IMG/VR virus record: IMGVR_UViG_3300045988_077255 | Origin: a virus | Reading direction: 5' to 3' (one strand) | DNA length: 36,751 bases | Shown here: piece by piece, positions 26,052 through 33,465 of the stretch | Numbering within the stretch: position 1 is the first letter of the stretch | Layout of the letters: each line of letters begins with the position of its first letter | The notes under the pieces: model-generated | What the model was told of the DNA's origin: nothing | What the model saw: the letters and a program-made list of their open reading frames with translations, nothing else | Database searches by the model: none | Translations under genes and position numbers: made by a program

Positions 26052-26729
26052 CTAAGCTGTTTTCGCTTCCTCTTCTTTCTTATCTGGAGTTTTCTTCATT
26101 AAGTTCATCCAGTAGAGGTAACAACTGTATTTCATTTCCTTTACAACCTTTACGTTGCTCTTTTTTAACATCTTGTCTAATGCGCATCCAGTTCGATGCA
26201 CTTCCTGCATAAAGCTGGCAATCTCCTGCTCTGTAATCTTTCTGTCAGTTTGCTTTGGTGCTTCCTGCTTTGATTCAACTTTTTGATGATATTCATAAGT
26301 ATCTTCCTCTGAATCATGTGAATCATGTGATTCGCTCTCCGTTGGGATACAGAAGAGTTGGAAACATGCATATTTGTAAGCAGCTGATAAGGCTTTATTC
26401 AAACTCTTATCTCCTGAATCCATGCTTTCACCTGACATGCTTATCTTGACGGAAGAGCCATCTTCCGCAGATGTAAACTCATAGTCTACATCCACAACCG
26501 TATATTTCAATGGAGTGCCTTTTGCGGATACTCCATCTTCTCGTTTTACACTTTTTACAGTTGGAACGCAAAACACCTTATGCTTAATCAAAGCTGGCTG
26601 TAATGCATTGTAAACATCATCAATCCCTCTGAAACTATAGCTTTGCATTTTATTGTATCGGTCTTTTCCGATGCTCTTAATATCGTCCATGATTTCGACG
26701 ATTGCCGTGTAAATTTTTTTTGTTTCCAT
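26052..26729 (-). CDS. erf: ERF-family single-strand annealing recombinase
   Basis: 225 aa, reading IYTAIVEIMDDIKSIGKDRYN..YSFRGIDDVYNALQPALIKHKVF...NKALSAAYKYACFQLFCIPT. Confidence 0.8.
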   Translation of the reverse strand: METKKIYTAIVEIMDDIKSIGKDRYNKMQSYSFRGIDDVYNALQPALIKHKVFCVPTVKSVKREDGVSAKGTPLKYTVVDVDYEFTSAEDGSSVKISMSGESMDSGDKSLNKALSAAYKYACFQLFCIPTESESHDSHDSEEDTYEYHQKVESKQEAPKQTDRKITEQEIASFMQEVHRTGCALDKMLKKSNVKVVKEMKYSCYLYWMNLMKKTPDKKEEEAKTA

Positions 26730-26746
26730 ATTTTTCCCTCTTGCAT

Positions 26747-27241
26747 TTATCTGATTTTCAAACTTTCCGTCTGCTTCGTTTCAGCAATCCCCTTGAACTC
26801 TTCCGGATTCGCTTTGACATCTGCTAACAGCATTTTTCTATCCAACTTCGGTTCCTGAACAACCATGTACTTCTCCGGAATCTTTGTTGCATCAAGAATA
26901 TTCAATGATGGAGCATTTTTTGAAATACTATAAGAATGAATATCTGTCTTGAATTTCTTTTTATCCATCAACAGCATAGTATTTGTGAGATTTCTTTTTA
27001 AAAAGTCACTGCGACTCTTCAAGGTCTTTTTCATTATTGTAAGTCTTTCGATTTCTTTATCAATCTTTTCGGTGTCATTGTCTAAATTTGTAAGGATTAC
27101 AGCATAAGCATCCGCTTTTACTTCCAGTTCTGCTTCAATCCCTGCAAGTGTATCTTCAAACACTTGCGTATCCACATCGGTATCTTCTGCAATTTCGCAT
27201 AACTGCATGTATTCTTCTGCAATTTCATATAACTTTAACAT
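26747..27241 (-). CDS. Sipho_Gp157-family protein
   Basis: 164 aa. It starts MLKLYEIAEEYMQLCEIAED and ends IAETKQTESLKIR, the typical Gp157 layout. Confidence 0.7.
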   Translation of the reverse strand: MLKLYEIAEEYMQLCEIAEDTDVDTQVFEDTLAGIEAELEVKADAYAVILTNLDNDTEKIDKEIERLTIMKKTLKSRSDFLKRNLTNTMLLMDKKKFKTDIHSYSISKNAPSLNILDATKIPEKYMVVQEPKLDRKMLLADVKANPEEFKGIAETKQTESLKIR

Positions 27242-27242
27242 C

Positions 27243-27386
27243 TTAGTTCTCCTCTCTCTTTGTAATCAGAATTGTTCTTTCCAACAACTCATGTTCTTTT
27301 GCAACTTCTTTTCTGTGTCCGGCAGAGGGTGCAGAAGCCGAGCATCCAGCTCCGGTTTTCATTTCCAACAAGTATTCATCCATCAT
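27243..27386 (-). CDS. Small hypothetical protein (47 aa), not in the ORF track
   Basis: AGGAGGAAAGAAACT-ATG, reading MMDEYLLEMKTGAGCSASAPSAGHRKEVAKEHELLERTILITKREEN. Its stop lies 1 nt before the Gp157 start. Confidence 0.45.
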   Translation of the reverse strand: MMDEYLLEMKTGAGCSASAPSAGHRKEVAKEHELLERTILITKREEN

Positions 27387-27399
27387 AGTTTCTTTCCTC

Positions 27400-27639
27400 C
27401 TAAATCAACATCTTGCTTCTTTCCTCTTCTGGAACGTTCAACGTATCCAAAATAGTCCACAGCTCGCTAAGTGTGCATGTTTCCGGTTCATTCAGACGTT
27501 TTAAGAATGTATGATACTTCATACCTGCATTTTTCGCTAAGTCTTTTTTATAGCTTCCGTTTGCACAGATTGCTCCACCTAAACACCGTCTTACCTGAGC
27601 AGCACGCTGTTGCTCTTTACTTAAATATGCAACTGGCAT
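27400..27639 (-). CDS. Small hypothetical (HTH-like) protein
   Basis: Track ORF is 27400..27669. ATG at 27639 lies behind GGGATGAGAGG. Confidence 0.5.
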   Translation of the reverse strand: MPVAYLSKEQQRAAQVRRCLGGAICANGSYKKDLAKNAGMKYHTFLKRLNEPETCTLSELWTILDTLNVPEEERSKMLI

Positions 27640-27643
27640 CCTC

Positions 27644-27862
27644 TCATCCCTCTTTCCATTTCTCTCCAAATAAGTTCACAACTTTATCAAGAGTCAGTGT
27701 TTCTTTTGCCTCTACACCAATTACTGCGCCAAGCACGTCCAATGGCATGTTTTTCTCTCCGCACTTTCTTGCACTATCAAGCAAGCTATTTAAAGCTCTG
27801 ATTTTCTCTGAATCTCTAATTAACTCCTCTAATGCTGTAAATTCAATTTCCACCTTGCTCAT
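27644..27862 (-). CDS. Hypothetical protein
   Basis: 72 aa, coupled to its neighbours. Confidence 0.5.
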   Translation of the reverse strand: MSKVEIEFTALEELIRDSEKIRALNSLLDSARKCGEKNMPLDVLGAVIGVEAKETLTLDKVVNLFGEKWKEG

Positions 27863-28146
27863 GATGCTTTATCCTCCTTGATTTTCATTTTCATCCAGCT
27901 TTTAACAAACTGCTCTTTCTGCTTCTTTGCTTTATTTTTCTTTCTTGACTGACAGAAGCTGGCAACGAAACCGCTAACGAACAAAATCACTGCTGGCACT
28001 GCAATCCAAGCTACAGCAAACAATAATGCTTCTGCATCTTTGCACTCGATAACATTACATAACCAGCCACCGAAGCAGATGCCTGTCCACAGCCCCAGAA
28101 CTATTTCTAAAATATCCTTTTTTTTCTTATTGCTCATTTTTTTCAT
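27859..28146 (-). CDS. Small membrane protein (2 TM)
   Basis: 95 aa with two hydrophobic helices and Lys-rich termini. Confidence 0.55.
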   Translation of the reverse strand: MKKMSNKKKKDILEIVLGLWTGICFGGWLCNVIECKDAEALLFAVAWIAVPAVILFVSGFVASFCQSRKKNKAKKQKEQFVKSWMKMKIKEDKAS

Positions 28147-28240
28147 TGTTTTTCCTCTATGTGTCTGTTAAAATACAGAAGTGTAAAGTTTTTTTTCTGC
28201 GTCCCTTTTGAAGTTGCTGCTTCTAAGGGACTTTTTTTAG

Positions 28241-28621
28241 TTAGTCAGTGAGAATTTGCAGTTTTGCAAGTTCCACAGCTTTTCCGCGAACCACAGCTTT
28301 TCCGCGAACCACAGCATTTCCGTAAACCTCAGCATTTCCGCGAACCTCAGCATTTCCGCGAACCTCAGCATTTTCGCGAACCTCAGCATTTTCGCTAACC
28401 ACAGCATTTCCGCGAACCACAGCATTTCCGTAAACCTTGGCATTACTGTAAACCCAAGCATCACCTTTGTGTGAAAGATTTTCTTCTTTCTCAATCCAGC
28501 CGCCAAGTTCCCCTGCTACCACACTTGCAAAACTAGTGATAGCTTGAATTCTGTGCAGTGTTACATCTTTAAAAAGAAACGATACTGTTTTTGTTTCTCC
28601 TGTAAATTCGTATTTTTTCAT
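28241..28621 (-). CDS. Hexapeptide-repeat (left-handed beta-helix-like) protein
   Basis: Track ORF is 28241..28732. ATG at 28621 (MKKYEFTGETK) lies behind AAAGGGGAA. About 10 consecutive NA.V.G hexads. Confidence 0.7.
   Translation of the reverse strand: MKKYEFTGETKTVSFLFKDVTLHRIQAITSFASVVAGELGGWIEKEENLSHKGDAWVYSNAKVYGNAVVRGNAVVSENAEVRENAEVRGNAEVRGNAEVYGNAVVRGKAVVRGKAVELAKLQILTD
28278..28457. repeat. 18-bp tandem repeat x ~10 (coding; hexapeptide pairs)
   Basis: GCATTTCCGCGAACCTCA-type units with few substitutions. All three frames are open here because of the periodicity. Confidence 0.9.
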
Positions 28622-28637
28622 AATGATTCCCCTTTCT

Positions 28638-29348
28638 TTATGCAAATCGCATTTGCGAATTATGCTCCTTGATTGCAATTTGAGTATTTGTGCAAGGTCT
28701 CCAGCACTGCACATATTCAACAGCTTCTTCAAATCGTTTCTTCGGCACGTTGTTCCGTGCGTTTACACGAAAATATCGCTTCAAATCTCTATTGCACTCA
28801 GAAAATACTTTCTTTCCGATTTCTTTGTATGCATCGCTTTCTTTTCCGCCAAGCGCATCAATTACAACGTAATTAACTGCCTCGCCAAGCGCCTGCTGCT
28901 GAGCGTAATCTAAAGTCATTGTATTTTCCAGAGTCGTTACTCTCTCATCCATTTTGACAAGCTTCTTGTCATGCATTAAGATTGCTTGCATCTCTGGAGA
29001 GTAGTTCTCCATTTCATAGTGTCCTGTTTTGCGGATTGCCGGAAGCACTTCACTGGTCACCCAACGCTTAAACTTTCTCGCATTAGGCATCTTGCTGGAA
29101 AGGATAAGACTGTAAAGACCGGATTCGTTAATAAATATCACTTCTCGATTCTGACCTGACAGAACGATTCGTTCGGTCAGCTTATCTTCCTCATCAATGT
29201 GGTCTCTGATTGCTTTTGCTGTGTTTGTGTATTCAAGAATGTCTGCTACATCCTTGCCGACAAACCACACCTCTTCATTAATTGTTACTGTTCTTACTTG
29301 TCCAAATTCTTCGTTACTAAAAATCTGTAAATCATTCAATTTCCTCAC
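28638..29348 (-). CDS. Phage antirepressor (BRO-N domain + C-terminal antirepressor domain)
   Basis: 236 aa, reading LQIFSNEEFGQVRTVTINEEVWFVGKDVADILEY...NESGLYSLILSSKMPNARKFKRWVTSEVLPAIRKTG. Confidence 0.85.
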   Translation of the reverse strand: MRKLNDLQIFSNEEFGQVRTVTINEEVWFVGKDVADILEYTNTAKAIRDHIDEEDKLTERIVLSGQNREVIFINESGLYSLILSSKMPNARKFKRWVTSEVLPAIRKTGHYEMENYSPEMQAILMHDKKLVKMDERVTTLENTMTLDYAQQQALGEAVNYVVIDALGGKESDAYKEIGKKVFSECNRDLKRYFRVNARNNVPKKRFEEAVEYVQCWRPCTNTQIAIKEHNSQMRFA

Positions 29349-29371
29349 TCCAATCCTTTAATTTTTTCTGC

Positions 29372-30052
29372 CTAAATCAAATACACTTTAATGTTATCCA
29401 GCTCGGTTAAAATACCTAACTCTCCGTCCTCAAATTTGTATATCGTGTGATTTAAAATCTTTTGCTCGCCAAAAATGTCATCTGTCAATCGTGCTAATAT
29501 TTTCAAAAATTTCATTTCAACTCGATTTTTAGGAATTGTCATTACGCCATCGAAAGAAATCGTCCAAGCATAAAAATCTCCAATTTCTTCCGCTAACTTT
29601 TTCAAGACATCTTCACGTAAAAGAACGTTTGTACCTTGAGGCGCACCGTTTCTTTTACGCAAAATTCTCAGTCCATCATCCGGATAAATAATTCCAGCCT
29701 CTTTACAAATTTCCGAAGTACTTTTGATTTCATACTCTGTTTTTAATAAATTATCTAACGCTGCATTACGCACATCTTCTTTATTAATTCCAGCAATTTC
29801 CATTATCTTATCTGTAACTACCCAGTAAGTCACTTCTTCCTCTTCAAAACAACCAGGAATAAATTTTACTTCACTCCCCTTATGGTCAATTTTTCCTAAG
29901 AGATTATATGTAACCAGGCAATCCAAAAAAGTATCAAAATGTACGCCTCTGCCTCTCATTCCCTGTGCTTTTTCTCTTGGTGTTAAACAAAACTCTACAT
30001 TATCCAAAATAAAATCTTTGTTTACCGTATAAAATAATGATTCATAATTCAT
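29372..30052 (-). CDS. Hypothetical protein
   Basis: Track ORF is 29372..30139. ATG at 30052 lies 1 nt after the XRE stop. Confidence 0.55.
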   Translation of the reverse strand: MNYESLFYTVNKDFILDNVEFCLTPREKAQGMRGRGVHFDTFLDCLVTYNLLGKIDHKGSEVKFIPGCFEEEEVTYWVVTDKIMEIAGINKEDVRNAALDNLLKTEYEIKSTSEICKEAGIIYPDDGLRILRKRNGAPQGTNVLLREDVLKKLAEEIGDFYAWTISFDGVMTIPKNRVEMKFLKILARLTDDIFGEQKILNHTIYKFEDGELGILTELDNIKVYLI

Positions 30053-30053
30053 C

Positions 30054-30326
30054 TTACAGTTCTCCTTTGCTTTTCTTTCTAAAAAAATCTTCAATCTCAA
30101 CTCCCAACGCATCTGCCAGTTCCGGAAGATGCTCCACACGCAAAAGTTTTCTGTTGTTCAGAATATCACTGAAACTCTGCGAAGTAAGACCAGCCTGCTC
30201 TGCTACAAATGACTGCTTTAAGCCTTTGCTTTTGATGATATCCTTGATATTTGCGATAATATTGTTGTATGCAATACTGTCAGATGAGTCACTTTCATGT
30301 CTTATTCTTCTACTGATTTTTCTCAC
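30054..30326 (-). CDS. XRE-family HTH regulator
   Basis: 90 aa with a GTG start, reading IKSKGLKQSFVAEQAGLTSQSFSDILNNRKLLRVEHLPELADALGVEIEDFF. Confidence 0.7.
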   Translation of the reverse strand: MRKISRRIRHESDSSDSIAYNNIIANIKDIIKSKGLKQSFVAEQAGLTSQSFSDILNNRKLLRVEHLPELADALGVEIEDFFRKKSKGEL

Positions 30327-30337
30327 TCTCCTTTTGA

Positions 30338-30366
30338 TTGACTTTTTTCTCCCACTCTTTTATGCT
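30338..30366 (+). promoter_or_regulatory. Candidate sigma-70 promoter of the plus-strand HExxH moron
   Basis: TTGACT-N17-TATGCT, followed by the inverted repeat AAGGCA-N6-TGCCTT (30375..30392) and RBS TAGGAGG. Confidence 0.5.
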
Positions 30367-30433
30367 CTAATCACAAGGCACTGCCATGCCTTAACTAATT
30401 AACCACATATTAATTTTAGGAGGTACTTTACTT

Positions 30434-31225
30434 ATGGAAAAAAATCTAAACTTATTTCCTCAATTTCTGGTTCGTTATCCTGATAATGGGATAAAAAATG
30501 AAGAGGACAAACCTATCTCAATTTCAGAAGATGATTTTGAGCTTTCGCTCTTTGCAATAGATTCTTTATTGCATGTAATGAATATTTCGCTTCCAATTCA
30601 GCAAAGTCCGGAAGCTGTTATTGAATTTACAGATGCTCAAAAATTTCCTATGTGCGTAAGAACCACCAAAACCATATATCTTACTTCGAGTCCAAATGAT
30701 TGGGCTAAAACTTGTTATCAACTTGCTCACGAAATGTGCCATTATATGATTCCTAATGATGTCGTTTCAACTCTTCAATGGCTTGAAGAAACAATCTGTG
30801 AACTTGCCTCATGTTATTTTCTTCCGGAAATTTCAGAATATTGGAAACGTCTTGCTATTTTTAAACCTGCTCCTGATAAAGTTTTCGATTACAATACGTT
30901 TAAAACATATATTGAAGAATGTCTTAAAGAAAAATCTATTTTTAGTTTGAAACTTTTAGCTCCAGACACTGTTCATAGTTTCGTACCAACTCTTGAAGAA
31001 AATTGTACGCTTCGAGAGATTAATAGATATATTGTATTTCGGCTTTTACCTATTTTTAAACATTTCCCAGAAGTCTGGCATGCAGTTCCTCTTTTAAGTG
31101 AACTTAACGCCAATCAACCGCTTCTGGATGCCTTAAAACAATGGTCAACGCTCGCTCCCACGGAGTCATATATCGCTTTACAAGAGGTTGCTCAACTATT
31201 TGTTGCAGCAGTTCTTCTGGATTAA
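30434..31225 (+). CDS. HExxH zinc-metallopeptidase-like protein (gluzincin-like), opposite-strand moron
   Basis: 263 aa, reading YQLAHEMCHYMIPNDVVSTLQWLEETICE (HExxH plus a downstream Glu). It is the only plus-strand gene inside the early operon. Confidence 0.65.
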   Translation: MEKNLNLFPQFLVRYPDNGIKNEEDKPISISEDDFELSLFAIDSLLHVMNISLPIQQSPEAVIEFTDAQKFPMCVRTTKTIYLTSSPNDWAKTCYQLAHEMCHYMIPNDVVSTLQWLEETICELASCYFLPEISEYWKRLAIFKPAPDKVFDYNTFKTYIEECLKEKSIFSLKLLAPDTVHSFVPTLEENCTLREINRYIVFRLLPIFKHFPEVWHAVPLLSELNANQPLLDALKQWSTLAPTESYIALQEVAQLFVAAVLLD

Positions 31226-31406
31226 CAGGCTGCGCATAAACCCCGTCATCAAAATAAGGAATTAACACAGGGTACATCCGGCAAATACTTTGCTCGGCAA
31301 CTTCTTCCAGTTTGCCGGATGTGCTAAGTCTTGATAAATGGAAGAGGAACTCTTCTTTTGTCTTTATTGTAGGTGCTGGTGGTCCATCTGGTCCTGCATA
31401 ACACAT
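31104..31406 (-). CDS. Hypothetical early protein; its 3' end overlaps the moron convergently
   Basis: 100 aa with a good RBS (AAGGAGAG-N7-ATG). The last ~40 codons are antisense to the 3' end of 30434..31225. Confidence 0.45.
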   Translation of the reverse strand: MCYAGPDGPPAPTIKTKEEFLFHLSRLSTSGKLEEVAEQSICRMYPVLIPYFDDGVYAQPVNPEELLQQIVEQPLVKRYMTPWERALTIVLRHPEAVDWR

Positions 31407-31426
31407 TTCACATCTCTCCTTGTAAA

Positions 31427-31714
31427 CTAAAGTTCAAATCTGCAAACGCTATCATTGATTACGGTAACTAAATACTTGCCATCCACACATTTTAAAGAAA
31501 ATTCCTTTACATCGTCAAAGCAAAGACCTCTTATATCCAATGTTTTTGTATCGGTATTAAATGCAAAATCATATTCTTCTTTTTCGTTTTTAAATCTTAG
31601 TTTAAACGGATGACCGCATCGTGGGCAATGTCCAACCTCTTTAGTACCGATTGTAATTGTTTCCGGTTCACCTCTTCCTAGAAGTTTATCTACTGTTTCT
31701 CCTGTATAACCCAT
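31427..31714 (-). CDS. Hypothetical early protein with a CxxC motif
   Basis: 95 aa; contains a single CPRC (CxxC) pair within GHCPRCGHPF. Confidence 0.55.
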   Translation of the reverse strand: MGYTGETVDKLLGRGEPETITIGTKEVGHCPRCGHPFKLRFKNEKEEYDFAFNTDTKTLDIRGLCFDDVKEFSLKCVDGKYLVTVINDSVCRFEL

Positions 31715-31754
31715 TTCTCATCTCTCCTTTCAGGTGTTGTAAGTTTAAAGTTTT

Positions 31755-32000
31755 TTACATTCTGTTTACGGTTTTATCGTAATCTAATGGTAAAAAAATA
31801 AGTCTATTATACGGTACTCCATATAATTCTTCAATTTTTCTTAACACTGGAATATCCGGATAACTTTTTCCCCTTTCGTAATTTCCAAGCGTATCTGGAC
31901 TTACTCCAATTTTTTTTGCAGCTTCCGACTGTGTATATCCACATAACTCACGAGCCTGTTTCAAAGTTGTTTCCATCGTTTCTGGAATCTTGCCTTGCAC
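31755..32000 (-). CDS. Cro-like XRE-family HTH regulator
   Basis: 81 aa with a GTG start behind GAGAAAGGAAAC, reading LKQARELCGYTQSEAAKKIGVSPDTLGNYERGKSYPDIPVLRKIEELYGV. Confidence 0.8.
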   Translation of the reverse strand: MQGKIPETMETTLKQARELCGYTQSEAAKKIGVSPDTLGNYERGKSYPDIPVLRKIEELYGVPYNRLIFLPLDYDKTVNRM

Positions 32001-32199
32001 TATTGTTTCCTTTCTCCCCGTCTTGCCGATAGGTCAGCTTTTTTGTCAGACCAGCAGTAAATAAAGCCCTACTACTGTGCAAATAAGAATTACAATCGCT
32101 AAAATCAACTTAATCAATTCATAAATTAATTTTTTCATATTGATTTATCGGTGAATCCATGATAAGGTAAAAGTGGGTTGGGGCTTTCGCCCCTTCCCT

Positions 32200-32313
32200 C
32201 TAAAATAATGACTCTACTATCATTTTTATGACTGAGAGTAGAGTGCCTATTTCCAAGGCGAGCCAGATGAGTGCTGTTATCACTTTTCTGGCTTTTTTTA
32301 TTTTCTCTATCAT
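32200..32313 (-). CDS. 37-aa hydrophobic peptide, first ORF of the early transcript (not in the ORF track)
   Basis: AAGGAGGAAGAAACGGTGGATGAA-ATG, reading MIEKIKKARKVITALIWLALEIGTLLSVIKMIVESLF. The GGGGC-GAAA-GCCCC hairpin follows at 32180..32193. Confidence 0.4.
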   Translation of the reverse strand: MIEKIKKARKVITALIWLALEIGTLLSVIKMIVESLF

Positions 32314-32370
32314 TTCATCCACCGTTTCTTCCTCCTTTCTCTGTATTGCGTACTCGTTTGGTACAAGTAT

Positions 32371-32399
32371 AGTATATTACGATTTAATCGTAATGTCAA
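32371..32399 (-). promoter_or_regulatory. Early (lytic) promoter with a palindromic operator filling the spacer
   Basis: Minus strand reads TTGACA-TTACGATTAAATCGTAA-TATACT. The 17-bp spacer is a perfect palindrome (32377..32393). Confidence 0.75.
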
Positions 32400-32428
32400 C
32401 GGTTTTTTCGTAATTTTTTTAGTTTTTC

Positions 32429-32457
32429 TTGATTTTTTTACGATTTTATATTACACT
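32429..32457 (+). promoter_or_regulatory. Candidate promoter of the CI-like repressor operon
   Basis: TTGATT-N17-TACACT, with the operator half-site TTACGAT (32438..32444) in the spacer. Confidence 0.45.
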
Positions 32458-32479
32458 TACATTAAAGAGAGGTGATAAA

Positions 32480-32938
32480 ATGAATAATCTTGGCAATAAA
32501 AAAATTATGTCAAAAAATATTCTCTATTATATGGATAAACACCAAAAAACTAGAAATGAAATGTGTGAAGCTCTAGGTGTTAAATATACTACTTTCACTG
32601 ATTGGGTTAAGGGTAATTCTTATCCTAGAATTGACAAAATAGAACTCATGGCAAATTATTTCGGAATTTCAAAAGCTGACCTAGTAGAGGAACATTCACA
32701 ACTTGAAACTATCTCTATTCAGAAAAACAGCTATGAAAATTCCTTGATCAACGAAGCCTCTAAATTGAATCAAAAAGGTAAAGTAAAACTTTTGAACACC
32801 GTTCAAGAAATGACTTGCAGCCCTTTGTATAATGATAATTATTTGCAAGCAGTCGCAGCTCACGAGCGTACCGACATTGAAGTAACTGACGAAATGAAAA
32901 AGCATGATGACGATATCATGGATGATGACGACTTCTGA
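32480..32938 (+). CDS. CI-like XRE-family repressor
   Basis: Track ORF is 32429..32938. ATG at 32480 lies behind AGAGAGGTGATAAA. HTH reads TRNEMCEALGVKYTTFTDWVKGNSYPRIDKIELMANYFGISKADLV. Confidence 0.8.
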   Translation: MNNLGNKKIMSKNILYYMDKHQKTRNEMCEALGVKYTTFTDWVKGNSYPRIDKIELMANYFGISKADLVEEHSQLETISIQKNSYENSLINEASKLNQKGKVKLLNTVQEMTCSPLYNDNYLQAVAAHERTDIEVTDEMKKHDDDIMDDDDF

Positions 32939-33413
32939 TTTGGCAGGTGATTTTTTGAACTATGAAGAAATGCTGATAGAATCGGATAATGAAAATTTGA
33001 TTATAAAGGAAAAGCCATTGTGTTCCAGTGATGGGCGAATTAAAGGAAATAAAATAGCCATTCGGCACACAATTAAAACTCAAACAGAAAAATCATGTGT
33101 CCTCGCAGAAGAACTCGGACACTACTACACAACTTCCGGAAACATCTTAGACCAGACAGACGTATCGAACAGGAAACAGGAATACCGTGCACGGCTCTAT
33201 GGATTCAATCTCAAAATTGGACTTATGGGACTCGTCAGAGCATTTGAGCATGGATGCCGGTCCGCATCAGACATAGCGGAATATCTTGATGTGACGGAAG
33301 AATATTTGAAAGAAGCAGTTGACTGCTACCGGAGCAAGTACGGTGTGTATGCGACTGTGGATAATTATGCGGTATATTTCACTCCTGCTTTGGGTGTGTT
33401 GAAGATAAAGTGA
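32904..33413 (+). CDS. ImmA/IrrE-like (DUF955) metallopeptidase-domain protein
   Basis: CVLAEELGHYYT...RKQEYRARLYGFN follows the ImmA pattern, although the first His of HExxH is replaced by Glu. The start is uncertain (32904, TTG 32955 or ATG 32970). Confidence 0.6.
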   Translation: MMTISWMMTTSDLAGDFLNYEEMLIESDNENLIIKEKPLCSSDGRIKGNKIAIRHTIKTQTEKSCVLAEELGHYYTTSGNILDQTDVSNRKQEYRARLYGFNLKIGLMGLVRAFEHGCRSASDIAEYLDVTEEYLKEAVDCYRSKYGVYATVDNYAVYFTPALGVLKIK

Positions 33414-33465
33414 TTTGATTAACCAAGAGAGGTGACTTAATCTGAACAAAAAAACACCTGCTAAA

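Noticed and set aside
28278-28457. CRISPR-like array suggested by the regular 18-bp repeats
   Set aside because: The repeats are contiguous with no spacers, and they encode in-frame hexapeptide units of a protein with an SD and ATG.
32228-32413. 61-aa plus-strand ORF in the switch region
   Set aside because: It has no RBS, runs through the early promoter and operator, and is antisense to a better-supported SD-preceded mini-ORF.
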